Assembly (NCBI GenBank): GCA_038065015.1
Contig: JBBTRU010000001.1
Span: 1-51,416 of the forward strand
Reading direction: 5' to 3'
Length of the DNA stretch: 51,416 nucleotides
Source: Patescibacteria group bacterium
GTDB lineage: Bacteria; Patescibacteriota; Patescibacteriia; PEXW01
Under the pieces are notes generated by a model that was not told where the DNA came from, made no database searches, and saw only the letters and a program-made list of their open reading frames with translations. The first letter of the stretch is position 1, and each line of letters opens with the position of its first letter. Positions 34,186-42,691 of this stretch are shown piece after piece. A program made the position numbers and the translations under genes.

Positions 34186-35601
34186 TTAGTACTTCTGTAA
34201 CATTTGATCGATCGATTCCTGACTGGTGGCTTGCTGCTTGCGATGCCCCACGAGTGGCAGACTAATAAAGAAGGTGGTGCCGTTGCCTTCGTGGCTTTCA
34301 AACCAGATGCGGCCATGGTGCTTCTGCACAATACTGTACGAAATAAAGAGCCCCAAGCCCGTGCCCTCGGTCTGCATGCGGATGACGTTATCGCCGCGAA
34401 AAAACTTGGAAAAGACGTGCGTCTGCTGGTGCACGGGTATACCCACGCCCGTATCCTGAATGCTCAAAATCATTTCATCGTGTTCGGCCCTTACACGGAG
34501 CGAAATGGTGCCGCTGACCGGGGTGTACTTTAAAGCGTTATCGAGAAGATTCTGTATGGCCAGGTGCATTTTCTGCGCATCGATACGCACAATCGGTAGG
34601 GGTTGCTTGCCGGCGTCGTACAGAATTTTTATGCGCTTCTCTTCGGCCGTATGCTGCACTTCGTCAATGAGCTCATGGAGAATCGGGTCGAGCGGCTCCT
34701 CAACAAAAGTATACGAAAAACGATTCTCCTCTATACGCGAGACGTCAAGGAGATCGTTGATGAGCGTAATCATGCGCTCGTTGCTCTGGTAGCCCTTCGA
34801 AACCATGTCGGCCTGCTGCTTGTTGAGCGGGCCGGCATCTTCATCCATGAGCATTTTTAAAGACCACTTCACGGCCGACAGCGGCGTGCGTAGCTGGTGG
34901 CTGGCAACCGAAATGAATTCCGTTTTTAACTGGTCGAGTTCTTTCAGGTGCTGGTTTGCCGTCTGAAAAGCTTTGTTCGCGTTTACTAAATCCTCGTTGG
35001 TTTTGGCGAGCTGGGCTTCGACCGCCTGCAAACTGCGCACGACGTAGCCCGAGCGGTAGGTAGAAACGAGCATGAGCGTGACCAGGGTAACCCCGGTGGC
35101 GGCAATGAACGCAAAATTCTTGTGCAAATCTGGCGCAACATCAAAAGGCGCGTAATGGTTGAATATCCCCTGCTGCTCCAGGACGAAGAGAAAGGCAAAC
35201 ATGCCCGTGCCAATGAAGAAGTTTATTGGCCCGGCCCACTTCGAGAACTGCACGTTTGTGCCGACAATTTGCAGCAGGTACAGGGGCAGGAACACGCTAG
35301 TAATGCCGCCCGTGAAATGGACAATGGTGGTAATAACCGCCATGTCGATAACAATGCCCAGGTAGGGGAAGATATTGCTAATCTTCGGGCGGCTGTACAA
35401 AAAGCTGAACGCCAGGTTGAACCCCAGGGCCATAGCCACCGAGAAGAGTATGCCCGGCAAGAAAAAGTCTGCGCCAAATTGCGTCCCGGCCCACGAGAGG
35501 AGGACGACGATGAAGATGACCAGGTAGCGAATGATGACCGACCACTGCAAGCGCTTTCGGCGTTCCTGCTCTTCGAGCGCCAGCAAATCTTCAGGACGCA
35601 T
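34186..35601 (-). CDS. Membrane sensor histidine kinase
   Basis: N-terminal ~5-6 TM. H-box FISVASHQLRTPLSAVKW. N-box LLDNALKYTP. G1 IQDTGVGIP. G2 GTGLGLFISYSIV. Confidence 0.85.
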   Translation of the reverse strand: MRPEDLLALEEQERRKRLQWSVIIRYLVIFIVVLLSWAGTQFGADFFLPGILFSVAMALGFNLAFSFLYSRPKISNIFPYLGIVIDMAVITTIVHFTGGITSVFLPLYLLQIVGTNVQFSKWAGPINFFIGTGMFAFLFVLEQQGIFNHYAPFDVAPDLHKNFAFIAATGVTLVTLMLVSTYRSGYVVRSLQAVEAQLAKTNEDLVNANKAFQTANQHLKELDQLKTEFISVASHQLRTPLSAVKWSLKMLMDEDAGPLNKQQADMVSKGYQSNERMITLINDLLDVSRIEENRFSYTFVEEPLDPILHELIDEVQHTAEEKRIKILYDAGKQPLPIVRIDAQKMHLAIQNLLDNALKYTPVSGTISLRVRAEHDEMILSIQDTGVGIPVHQQTHVFSKFFRGDNVIRMQTEGTGLGLFISYSIVQKHHGRIWFESHEGNGTTFFISLPLVGHRKQQATSQESIDQMLQKY

Positions 35602-35629
35602 AGTGTTACTTTCTATTTTTGATATCTAT

Positions 35630-35658
35630 ATTCTAGCACATTTTTTCGGTTCTGTCAA
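35630..35658 (-). promoter_or_regulatory. Candidate sigma70-type promoter of the HK / membrane protein / REC-REC operon
   Basis: Minus strand: TTGACA-gaaccgaaaaaatgtgc-TAGAAT. The -35 is perfect, the spacer is 17 nt, and TGc gives an extended -10. It lies 28 nt upstream of the ATG at 35601. Confidence 0.5.
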
Positions 35659-35660
35659 AA

Positions 35661-37172
35661 CTACCCTTGACTCCGGTACTGCAACGCTTCGGCAACGTGC
35701 GCGAGCAGAATGCCTTCGCTCCCGGCCAAATCCGCAATGGTACGGCTCACTTTAAGCACGCGCACGTACCCGCGGGCCGAGAGGTGCAGCTGGTCGACGG
35801 CTTGGCGCAGCAGCGCCTGGCTGGCGGCATCTACCTGGCAGTATTTGGTGAGCAGTGCCTGCGACATGTGCGCATTGGTACGATTGTGGTGCTGTGCAAA
35901 ACGCTGCTCTTGCGTCGCCCGCGCTTGCACCACCCGGTCGCGTATGCTCGCAGAATTTTCTGCCAGCTTTCCATCCAGCCGCAGGGTGGCAAAATCCTGA
36001 CGCGGCACTTGGATGTGGAGGTCAATACGATCCAGTAATGGCCCGGACACCCGACGCTGGTAGCGGAGCAACTGGGCCGGGCTGCAGGCGCAGGCGCGCT
36101 TGGGATCGTTACGGTATCCGCACGGGCACGGGTTCTGGCTGGCCACCAGCATGCACTGTGCCGGAAAGCGCAAACTCTGCGCCGCCCGGGCCACGGTAAC
36201 CATGCCGTCCTCCAGGGGTTGGCGCAGCGCTTCCAGGGCTTGGCGCGGGAATTCTGGCAGTTCATCCAGGTAGAGCACGCCGTAGTGGGCCAGCGACACT
36301 TCGCCGGGTTTGGGTATAGAGCCCCCGCCGACGAGCGCCGCCGTAGACGTGGTGTGGTGCGGCGTGCGAAACGGCCGCCGCAACTGCAGCGGGGTTTCCG
36401 AATGGAGTGTGCCGCCAACGCTATGAATTGCCGTTACCTCCAAAGCTTCTGCATACGAGAGCGGCGGCAGGATGGAAGGCATGCTGCGGGCCAGTAGCGT
36501 TTTACCCGAACCCGGCGGGCCAACCAGCAGGACGTTGTGCCCGCCGGCCGCGGCAATTTCCATTGCGCGCTTGGCCTGCTGCTGGCCGCGCACCAGTGCA
36601 AAGTCGCTATCATCCTGCTGGGCGATGGCCGGTTGTGCAGCCGTGACAGCCTCGAGCGCGTGCGTTGCGGTAAGGTGTTGCACCAGCTGCTGCAGGGTCT
36701 GCGGGGCAAAGACCGTAAGCCCTTCCACCAGCGCGGCTTCGGGGCCATTCGCGGCCGGGACAATGGCAGTGCGGGAAGGCTGCTCTACAGCCGCCCGCGC
36801 CATTGGCAAGGCGCCGCGGACTGGACGGAGGGAGCCATCCAAACCTAGCTCGCCAATAAAGGTGAGTCCGGCACAGGGTTCGGCCGGCAGCTGGTGGGTT
36901 TGCACGAGCAGGGCAAGCGCAATGGGCAAATCGAAACCCGGCCCGGCTTTTTTTAAATCTGCGGGCGCAAGGTTTACGGTAACGTGGCCGCGCGGAAACG
37001 AGAAACCCGCGGCGCGAATGGCCGAACGCACGCGCTCGCGCGATTCTTGCACGGCCGTATCGGGCAAACCCACCACGAGAAATTTCGGCAAACCAAACTG
37101 GCTGTCAGCTTCTACAGAAACGGCACAGCCCTCCACGCCCAGCGTGGTGGCGGACAAAATTGTTGCAGACAT
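35661..37172 (-). CDS. comM: Mg-chelatase-like AAA+ protein YifB/ComM
   Basis: N-terminal Lon-protease-like domain (LGVEGCAVSVEADSQFGLPKFLVVGLPDTAVQESRERVRSAI..DLPIALALL). Walker A LLVGPPGSGKTLLA. Walker B VLYLDELPEF. The start is set at ATG 37172 (MSATILS); the upstream 57 codons of the track ORF look non-coding. Confidence 0.9.
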   Translation of the reverse strand: MSATILSATTLGVEGCAVSVEADSQFGLPKFLVVGLPDTAVQESRERVRSAIRAAGFSFPRGHVTVNLAPADLKKAGPGFDLPIALALLVQTHQLPAEPCAGLTFIGELGLDGSLRPVRGALPMARAAVEQPSRTAIVPAANGPEAALVEGLTVFAPQTLQQLVQHLTATHALEAVTAAQPAIAQQDDSDFALVRGQQQAKRAMEIAAAGGHNVLLVGPPGSGKTLLARSMPSILPPLSYAEALEVTAIHSVGGTLHSETPLQLRRPFRTPHHTTSTAALVGGGSIPKPGEVSLAHYGVLYLDELPEFPRQALEALRQPLEDGMVTVARAAQSLRFPAQCMLVASQNPCPCGYRNDPKRACACSPAQLLRYQRRVSGPLLDRIDLHIQVPRQDFATLRLDGKLAENSASIRDRVVQARATQEQRFAQHHNRTNAHMSQALLTKYCQVDAASQALLRQAVDQLHLSARGYVRVLKVSRTIADLAGSEGILLAHVAEALQYRSQG

Positions 37173-37197
37173 GGGAACGTGGACGAATGCACGCGGT

Positions 37198-37240
37198 CTC
37201 CCCGCCTGCCTTCGCCTAGTGCTAGGCAGTGGCGGGCAGG
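37198..37240. repeat. Partial family-1 hairpin module (CCCGCCTGCC..GGCGGGCAGG)
   Basis: ctccccgcctgccttcgcctagtgctaggcagtggcgggcagg parallels ctcccgcctgcctcgcccaggcgagtgcggcgggcagg of the leuS element (reverse strand). It lies in the lspA-comM intergenic region. Confidence 0.45.
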
Positions 37241-37275
37241 AAAGCGCGGGCAAACGCCGATTGTGGTCATCCTGC

Positions 37276-37740
37276 TTACTGCGGGATTTCCGGACGAGTG
37301 CGCCCTTTGGGCACAAACGAGAGAATGAGCACGACCGTTCCAAGGGTTATCAGCCAATCGCCGAGGTTGGCCGTCGTGGGCCAGAAGTCGAACTTGAGGA
37401 AATCGCGAACGTAGCCGAACTCCAGACGGTCGAGGAGATTTGACGCTGCCCCGCAAATAATGGCCAGTGCCGACACCCAGCGGGCGGTAGCACCGGTACG
37501 ATACGCACCCCAGGCAATAGCTGTCACCACCAGTAGCAGCAGGGCAATGAGAAAAAGGGTGAACGGCCCGGGGAGGCCGATGCCAAATGCAATGCCCGTG
37601 TTCGTGGTGGGCGCGCTCTGCAGTAATCCTGGAATAATAGTCTGGGGCGCATGGGCAAAAGCCAGCGTGCGGGTAATGCGATCCGCAACGAAGAGGGCCA
37701 GGGTGCCCCCGGTCCACAGCCAGAATACTCGGCGGAACAT
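37276..37740 (-). CDS. lspA: Lipoprotein signal peptidase (signal peptidase II)
   Basis: 154 aa, 4 TM, with NTGIAFGI, GAASNLLDRLEFGYVRDFL and ANLGDWLI motifs. Confidence 0.85.
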   Translation of the reverse strand: MFRRVFWLWTGGTLALFVADRITRTLAFAHAPQTIIPGLLQSAPTTNTGIAFGIGLPGPFTLFLIALLLLVVTAIAWGAYRTGATARWVSALAIICGAASNLLDRLEFGYVRDFLKFDFWPTTANLGDWLITLGTVVLILSFVPKGRTRPEIPQ

Positions 37741-37741
37741 C

Positions 37742-38122
37742 TTAGGCTTGCGCCCGCGCTTTCTTCACGCAGTCGATGCAGGTGGTTGCCGACGGGACGA
37801 GCTCTAGGCGTTTAGCCTCAATGGGCTTGCCGCAAGTCTGGCAAATACCGTAGGTACCGTCAGCCACGTGCTTCAATGCACTCTGCACTTGGCTTATCGA
37901 CTGCTCCAGATTTTTCTCCATGGACAGCTTATCCTGGAAATCCGAAACTTCAGCGGCGTTCTCCTCATCCTTGCTCCCGTACTCGTCCCACAAGGCTTTC
38001 CCCTTGTCGACGATCATCCCCAGGCGGGATGTGAGACGGTCGTACTCTTTCAAGAGCCGATTCTTCACATCGCCCAGGAAGGCGAGGCGTCCGCGGGTAG
38101 GTTGAGGGGTTGGCTGGGCCAT
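37742..38122 (-). CDS. DksA/TraR-family C4 zinc-finger protein
   Basis: 126 aa. Coiled-coil N-terminus and CQTCGKPIEAKRLELVPSATTCIDC. The stop lies 1 nt from the lspA start. Confidence 0.8.
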   Translation of the reverse strand: MAQPTPQPTRGRLAFLGDVKNRLLKEYDRLTSRLGMIVDKGKALWDEYGSKDEENAAEVSDFQDKLSMEKNLEQSISQVQSALKHVADGTYGICQTCGKPIEAKRLELVPSATTCIDCVKKARAQA

Positions 38123-38215
38123 ACGAAAAATCCAAATAGCTTGGACACTTGGACGTGCTCAATCTCTTGTCGCTAGCACTATAGCAGGCCCCTTTCGAGC
38201 AGGCAAGGACGGCCT

Positions 38216-38326
38216 TTACAGCTTCGGGCCAAAGCTGGCTGCCAGCACGCCGGCGAAAACGGCAAAAACCGCCAACCAGCTGACGGCGATGCGAATACTC
38301 TGCTGCGGGGTGCGGACAGTCTGCAT
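38216..38326 (-). CDS. Possible 36-aa hydrophobic peptide
   Basis: ATG at 38326. Hand translation is MQTVRTPQQSIRIAVSWLAVFAVFAGVLAASFGPKL, with TAA at 38218-38216. It lies 32 nt downstream of a good promoter-like motif. It is below the size cut-off of the ORF track and has no other support. Confidence 0.25.
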   Translation of the reverse strand: MQTVRTPQQSIRIAVSWLAVFAVFAGVLAASFGPKL

Positions 38327-38358
38327 AGTTTTTACTTTTTCTTTTATTTTCTATATGC

Positions 38359-38387
38359 AGTATAGCGCATTTGCACAAAAAATGCAA
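38359..38387 (-). promoter_or_regulatory. Candidate sigma70-type promoter (small ORF / dksA-like / lspA)
   Basis: Minus strand: TTGCAT-tttttgtgcaaatgcgc-TATACT, with a 17-nt spacer. It lies 23 nt downstream of the cohesin gene stop. Confidence 0.4.
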
Positions 38388-38409
38388 GCGCAAACGTGTT
38401 CTGGATTGT

Positions 38410-40158
38410 CTACTTCCGTTGTTTCTTGCGTTTTATCTTCTTCACCTGCCGGTCGACCAAATCGTCTATGCGCTTGCGCACTTGGGTAATATCTTTTCGA
38501 ATTTGCTCGTGGGTGGCGGCTTGCATGGACCGTTCGGTGACGCTCGACCGGATAGCGCCAACAATATCTTTCTCCAAGCTCGACTGCAGCCGGTCAATTT
38601 CCTGGTTTATCTGGTCTTCGGCGGTAGTAAGATCAAAACTCTCGGCGCGCTGCCAGTGCCGAAAGCGCTCGTACAGAATGAGGAGCATAGCCAGCAATAG
38701 CAGAATGATGACCAGCAAAAAAATGACCAGGCTCACCGAAGGTACCAGAAAGCCAAAAAGCTGCACGGTAGTGCCCAACGTGTGCATGGTAGCCGGAACC
38801 GACGGTGGGCTTTCAATGCCCTGGCGGTTGATGGCTATCGCCGTAAGGGTGTGGTCGCCCGGCGCGAGGAATGGTTTAAAGGTGTAGCGCCACAGCGTGT
38901 GGCCATCGGGAATCGTTATCCGAGGTGCCGAATCAATGCGGTAGGTGTCGCTGCGAAAACGCGCACTCTCTTTCCCGTCAATGAGGAGAATAATGGTATC
39001 GCCCTGCAGGGTAAGGCCCTCAACCGGCAATTCTGCAAAAAGCGTGAGTTTCTTCGGCACGGAGGTCAGGCGGGGGGCCGGACTGCCTTCGACATTGAAC
39101 TGGCCAATTGCTTCGCGAATGTTCCCGGCGGCATCAATGGCCCGCAGGGTAAACTGGTGTATGCCCGACTTCTGCGTTTCCATGACGTGCGGGCTGGTGA
39201 CGTTGGTAAACTCCTGCGTGTCGAGTGCGAGCATGTACCGCGCCACGCCACTGCCGCTATCCGTTGCTTCAAAAACCAGGCGGTAGGTGGGCGTGCTCGC
39301 ATCCGGTACGGCATTCACCTGCGGGGTAAAACTTTCGGGCGGCTTGGTATCCACGCGTATGCGCAGGTGTGCGGCACTCGACCAGCCGGCACTGTACTTG
39401 GCCCGCAAGTGGAAGTACCACACGCCATCCGCCACGTCGTCGTATTGCCGCGTGCCGCTATTTTCCTCTAGGTTTTCATCGGGTACGGTGCTGGCATTCT
39501 GGTCGAGCAGGTAGCTCACGCCCTGTATACCGGTTGGCTTTGTCCAAGTGAAAACACTATCGTTGAGGTTGTACCAAACACTCGCATCGGGGTGCGTCGA
39601 AGACCGAACAACGGGTGTCGGCGTGCCCGGCGTGGGGGTGGGCGGCGGTACGGTGGGTTCCGCGGCTTGGGCTGCACCAATGCTCAAGGTCACGCTGCCA
39701 TAGGCGGTAAGAATGTTCGTGCCCAAACCGTCGTTGGCCAAAATCGTGCCCGAGGCATAGGTGAGGGCGGCTTTGCCCTCGGCCTTGGCTTTAAAGGTTA
39801 TGGTAATAATGCTGCGGCCCGTGCCTTTGTACCCCGGGGAGGGTAAGCCGCCACCAAACGTCACCGTGCCGTTGCTATTTGAGTACGCCGGCTCGGTAGT
39901 CCAGTACGAGAAGAGACTCCCCTTACTCACGCTGGTTACCTGCAGCTTGTCCGCCGGGAAACTCACCTTGCCCTGGCTGGCATTCATGGCTTGGTCGTTG
40001 CTGCGCGCGATAACCGAAACCGTCGTGGTCTTGCCAACGGTAAGGTTCGTTGCTGCAGCCGACAGGCCAAGGGTTGCAGCACTCGCACTTTGCCCGAACC
40101 AGAACGCAAAACCGAAAGTGAGGAGCGCGACCAAGGCTACACGGAAGGGGCGTGGCAT
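38410..40158 (-). CDS. Cohesin-domain protein, C-terminally membrane anchored (paralogue 3)
   Basis: The start is set at ATG 40158 (MPRPFRVALVALLTFGFAF), 3 nt after the upstream stop. Signal peptide. Cohesin-like module (LTVGKTTTVSVIARSNDQAMNASQGKVSFPADKLQVTSVSKGSLFSYWTTEPAYSNSNGTVTFGGGLPSPGYKGTGRSIITITFKAKAEGKAALTYASGTILANDGLGTNIL). The STHPDASVWY..WYFHLRAK module follows, then Ig-like repeats, a TM (LVPSVSLVIFLLVIILLLLAMLLIL) and a basic coiled-coil tail. Confidence 0.65.
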   Translation of the reverse strand: MPRPFRVALVALLTFGFAFWFGQSASAATLGLSAAATNLTVGKTTTVSVIARSNDQAMNASQGKVSFPADKLQVTSVSKGSLFSYWTTEPAYSNSNGTVTFGGGLPSPGYKGTGRSIITITFKAKAEGKAALTYASGTILANDGLGTNILTAYGSVTLSIGAAQAAEPTVPPPTPTPGTPTPVVRSSTHPDASVWYNLNDSVFTWTKPTGIQGVSYLLDQNASTVPDENLEENSGTRQYDDVADGVWYFHLRAKYSAGWSSAAHLRIRVDTKPPESFTPQVNAVPDASTPTYRLVFEATDSGSGVARYMLALDTQEFTNVTSPHVMETQKSGIHQFTLRAIDAAGNIREAIGQFNVEGSPAPRLTSVPKKLTLFAELPVEGLTLQGDTIILLIDGKESARFRSDTYRIDSAPRITIPDGHTLWRYTFKPFLAPGDHTLTAIAINRQGIESPPSVPATMHTLGTTVQLFGFLVPSVSLVIFLLVIILLLLAMLLILYERFRHWQRAESFDLTTAEDQINQEIDRLQSSLEKDIVGAIRSSVTERSMQAATHEQIRKDITQVRKRIDDLVDRQVKKIKRKKQRK

Positions 40159-40160
40159 GG

Positions 40161-41534
40161 CTACTTCGGGGGTGGCTGCGGGCCAGAATCCTGCTGGTGC
40201 CGGGCCTCGGCGGCAATCGAGGCTTCGAACTCGCGGGCAACTTGAATAGTCTTGGCCAATTCGGATTCTTTGGCGAGAGTTGCGCGTTCGAGCTTTACCA
40301 TATCGTGGATAACATCCACCGGCCGGCGGCGCCAGCGCAAAATGAGCCACACCGCTAGCACGAGCGCGAGCACGCCCAAGCTAATGATGGCAATATTCGT
40401 AATGTAGGTGTTCCGCAACAACGGGTTGCGCTTAATAACCGGCTCGGTTTCGGGGGCGTGGACGGTAAAGAGAATTTTCCCGTCTGTCGAATTTCCGGCC
40501 TGGTCAAAGGCGCGAACAATGACTTCGTACTCACCCACCGAGACTTCGGGCAAACGCACCGGGCTGGTCTGCTCCACGAAAAACGGCGTGGTTTGGTTTG
40601 GATCTTTTAGGGCTTGCGTTTGCATTTCGTAGTGCTCGATGCCAGACATGGCGTCGGTGGTAAGAAACTTTAACTCGGGACGCTTGCCCGGCTCCGGATT
40701 TTGCGGGTCTATGCTGGGTGTAAAGCCGGCCGGGGCCACGCTATCAATAAGCACCGGGTAGTGGCTGGTGCCGCCCCAACTAGTCACTTTGGCGCGCACA
40801 TGGAAGTACCAGCGGCCGTCTTTATCGGCTGACACCTCGGCGGTGCGATTGACCGTCGCATCCGCGCGTTCGGGCGGGGTGGTGCGCGGGTTCTGGTCGA
40901 AAACGTAACTATAGCCAGTGGCATTGATAATGGCTTCCCACGCAAATTGGGCCGACCGGTTCTGGTACCAGGCGTTCTGGTCGGGATGGGAGGCAGACGA
41001 AACAATCGGCCCTTCGGGTGCGGCCAAGCTCAACGTATACGTGGCGTCGCCACGGGAAGTGAGGATATCTGTCCCCTGCCCGTCATTGAGAAGAATTTGT
41101 GAAGTGCTCTGAAAAGAGAGCTTCGCCGACCCAGCTGACGTGGCCCGAAAGGTGATCGTACTAATAATCCCGGCATCGGTTTTAATACCCGGGTTCGGTA
41201 ACCCGCCCTGGAACGATATCGTGCCCGCGGTGTTGGAGTACGCCGGCTGGTTAACCCAAATGGAAATAAAAGAGGTGCCCGCGCTCGGGTTGACCACTTG
41301 CATGCGGTTAGCCGGGAATTTTATATCAACTTTGGCGGCATTAATAGACTTGCCGCCGGTATTGAGCATGATGGATACGTTGAACGTACTCCCAACGGTA
41401 AAACTCCCGCTTGCCGGACCAAAGAGCAAACTTGCGCCTTCGAGGGCACGGCTCGGTGCGGGAGCGACGCTGGCAACCAGAACCGCGAGCGCGAGACCAA
41501 AGAAAAATCTTGGTATGTGATGTTTAACCTCCAT
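40161..41534 (-). CDS. Cohesin-domain protein, C-terminally membrane anchored (paralogue 2)
   Basis: 457 aa. Signal peptide. Cohesin-like module (FTVGSTFNVSIMLNTGGKSINAAKVDIKFPANRMQVVNPSAGTSFISIWVNQPAYSNTAGTISFQGGLPNPGIKTDAGIISTITFRATSAGSAKLSFQSTSQILLNDGQGTDIL). ASHPDQNAWY..GRWYFHVRAK module. TM (ITNIAIISLGVLALVLAVWLIL). Confidence 0.65.
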   Translation of the reverse strand: MEVKHHIPRFFFGLALAVLVASVAPAPSRALEGASLLFGPASGSFTVGSTFNVSIMLNTGGKSINAAKVDIKFPANRMQVVNPSAGTSFISIWVNQPAYSNTAGTISFQGGLPNPGIKTDAGIISTITFRATSAGSAKLSFQSTSQILLNDGQGTDILTSRGDATYTLSLAAPEGPIVSSASHPDQNAWYQNRSAQFAWEAIINATGYSYVFDQNPRTTPPERADATVNRTAEVSADKDGRWYFHVRAKVTSWGGTSHYPVLIDSVAPAGFTPSIDPQNPEPGKRPELKFLTTDAMSGIEHYEMQTQALKDPNQTTPFFVEQTSPVRLPEVSVGEYEVIVRAFDQAGNSTDGKILFTVHAPETEPVIKRNPLLRNTYITNIAIISLGVLALVLAVWLILRWRRRPVDVIHDMVKLERATLAKESELAKTIQVAREFEASIAAEARHQQDSGPQPPPK

Positions 41535-41564
41535 ACAGCCTAGTATAGCGCGTTTTTTCAGGGT

Positions 41565-42680
41565 CTACCTGCGCCGACGGACTATGTATACCGCCATCCC
41601 CGAACTCACCACCAGGATGCCGCCAATAATGAGAATGAGCAGGTGCGACGAGCGATCGGGCGCGAGACCAGAGCCGGCCAGGGTGACCGCCCGGGCATTG
41701 CCCGCCGCATCATAGGCTGTGACGACAATGGCCGCGCGCTGCTTCTGGTCGAGCAAGGTATAGGGGCTTGCAGCATTATCTGCAACCACGCTGCCTTCCT
41801 GCACGGTGTAACGGACAATATCCGAGGTTTCGTCCGTCGTTTGGAATACGAGCGCGAGCTTTCCCGGTATGACATCGCGGGTAAGCACCGGGGTAAACCC
41901 TTCGGGCATAACCGTGTCTACGAGTACGCGGCGAATGGCAACGGTCCGCCAGGCATCACCGGGCAATTTTTCGCGAAGAATAAAGTAGTGCGCCCCATCC
42001 TGCACGTCGGTGAATGTTGCTTCGGCCATCGCCGTGCCAAAGCGCTCATCCGGCAGGGCAGCGGGTTCGTCTGCCAGGAGGAAGGCGTAGAGCGCGTCTT
42101 TGGTGGGTGTCCAGGCCAGGGCCACGTTGCCGGCGTTGTACCAAGCATTCTCTTGCGGGTGGGTGCTCGAAACCAAACTTATGCTGCTATCGTTTACGCC
42201 CACGGTTACCGTGCTGGTTTCCGCCCGCAGCGGCGTGGCCGTGCCGAGGCCGTCGTTCAACCGCACGCTCGAAAGCACCGTATCCACGCCAATAGTCGTG
42301 GCGCCGAGCACCTTGGGCCGGAACACCAGCGAGAGGACGCGGCCGTTAATAACGTAGCTGCCGTTGGGCACGCCGCCGACGAAAGACACCACGCCCGCAA
42401 CCGCGTCGACCTTTGGCCCTTCGGCCCAGAGCGTCAGGAACGAACCGGCTTTCGACACGTCAACAACTTCGAGGGCGGTTGGATCGTACGTGATCTTGCC
42501 TTCCACGGCGTTCACCACTTGCGTTTCGCTGTTGAGCCGCACCTCCACAACCGCCAGCTGGTCTTGGGCCGCGTTTACCTTTGCCGGAATAACGGAAAGT
42601 ACTGCCGCCGTAGCACGGTGCTGTGCCAGCGTGAACGCGAGTATGGCGAGGGCAAAAATGGAAAATAATCGGTTGCGCAT
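41565..42680 (-). CDS. Cohesin-domain protein, C-terminally membrane anchored (paralogue 1)
   Basis: 371 aa. Signal peptide. Cohesin-like module (LAVVEVRLNSETQVVNAVEGKITYDPTALEVVDVSKAGSFLTLWAEGPKVDAVAGVVSFVGGVPNGSYVINGRVLSLVFRPKVLGATTIGVDTVLSSVRLNDGLGT). STHPQENAWY..GAHYFILREK module. TM (HLLILIIGGILVVSSGMAVYIV). Confidence 0.65.
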   Translation of the reverse strand: MRNRLFSIFALAILAFTLAQHRATAAVLSVIPAKVNAAQDQLAVVEVRLNSETQVVNAVEGKITYDPTALEVVDVSKAGSFLTLWAEGPKVDAVAGVVSFVGGVPNGSYVINGRVLSLVFRPKVLGATTIGVDTVLSSVRLNDGLGTATPLRAETSTVTVGVNDSSISLVSSTHPQENAWYNAGNVALAWTPTKDALYAFLLADEPAALPDERFGTAMAEATFTDVQDGAHYFILREKLPGDAWRTVAIRRVLVDTVMPEGFTPVLTRDVIPGKLALVFQTTDETSDIVRYTVQEGSVVADNAASPYTLLDQKQRAAIVVTAYDAAGNARAVTLAGSGLAPDRSSHLLILIIGGILVVSSGMAVYIVRRRR

Positions 42681-42691
42681 AGGTGTATGGG

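Noticed and set aside
35654-35666. Shared 12-mer tcaaaactaccc at ~35655 and ~44615, both upstream of minus-strand genes; considered as a regulatory motif.
   Set aside because: There are only two copies in different positions relative to the -10 boxes. One overlaps the comM stop codon and a -35 hexamer. Coincidence cannot be excluded.
35661-40350. N-terminal extensions offered by the ORF track. These are comM to 37343, the cohesin gene to 40350, rsmA to 24953, DUF559 to 28367, leuS to 31029 and the hypothetical to 27967.
   Set aside because: The extensions are Arg/Pro/Cys-rich or repeat-derived, and they overlap the upstream gene or intergenic repeats. Internal ATGs coincide with the start of family-conserved sequence or signal peptides and remove the overlaps.
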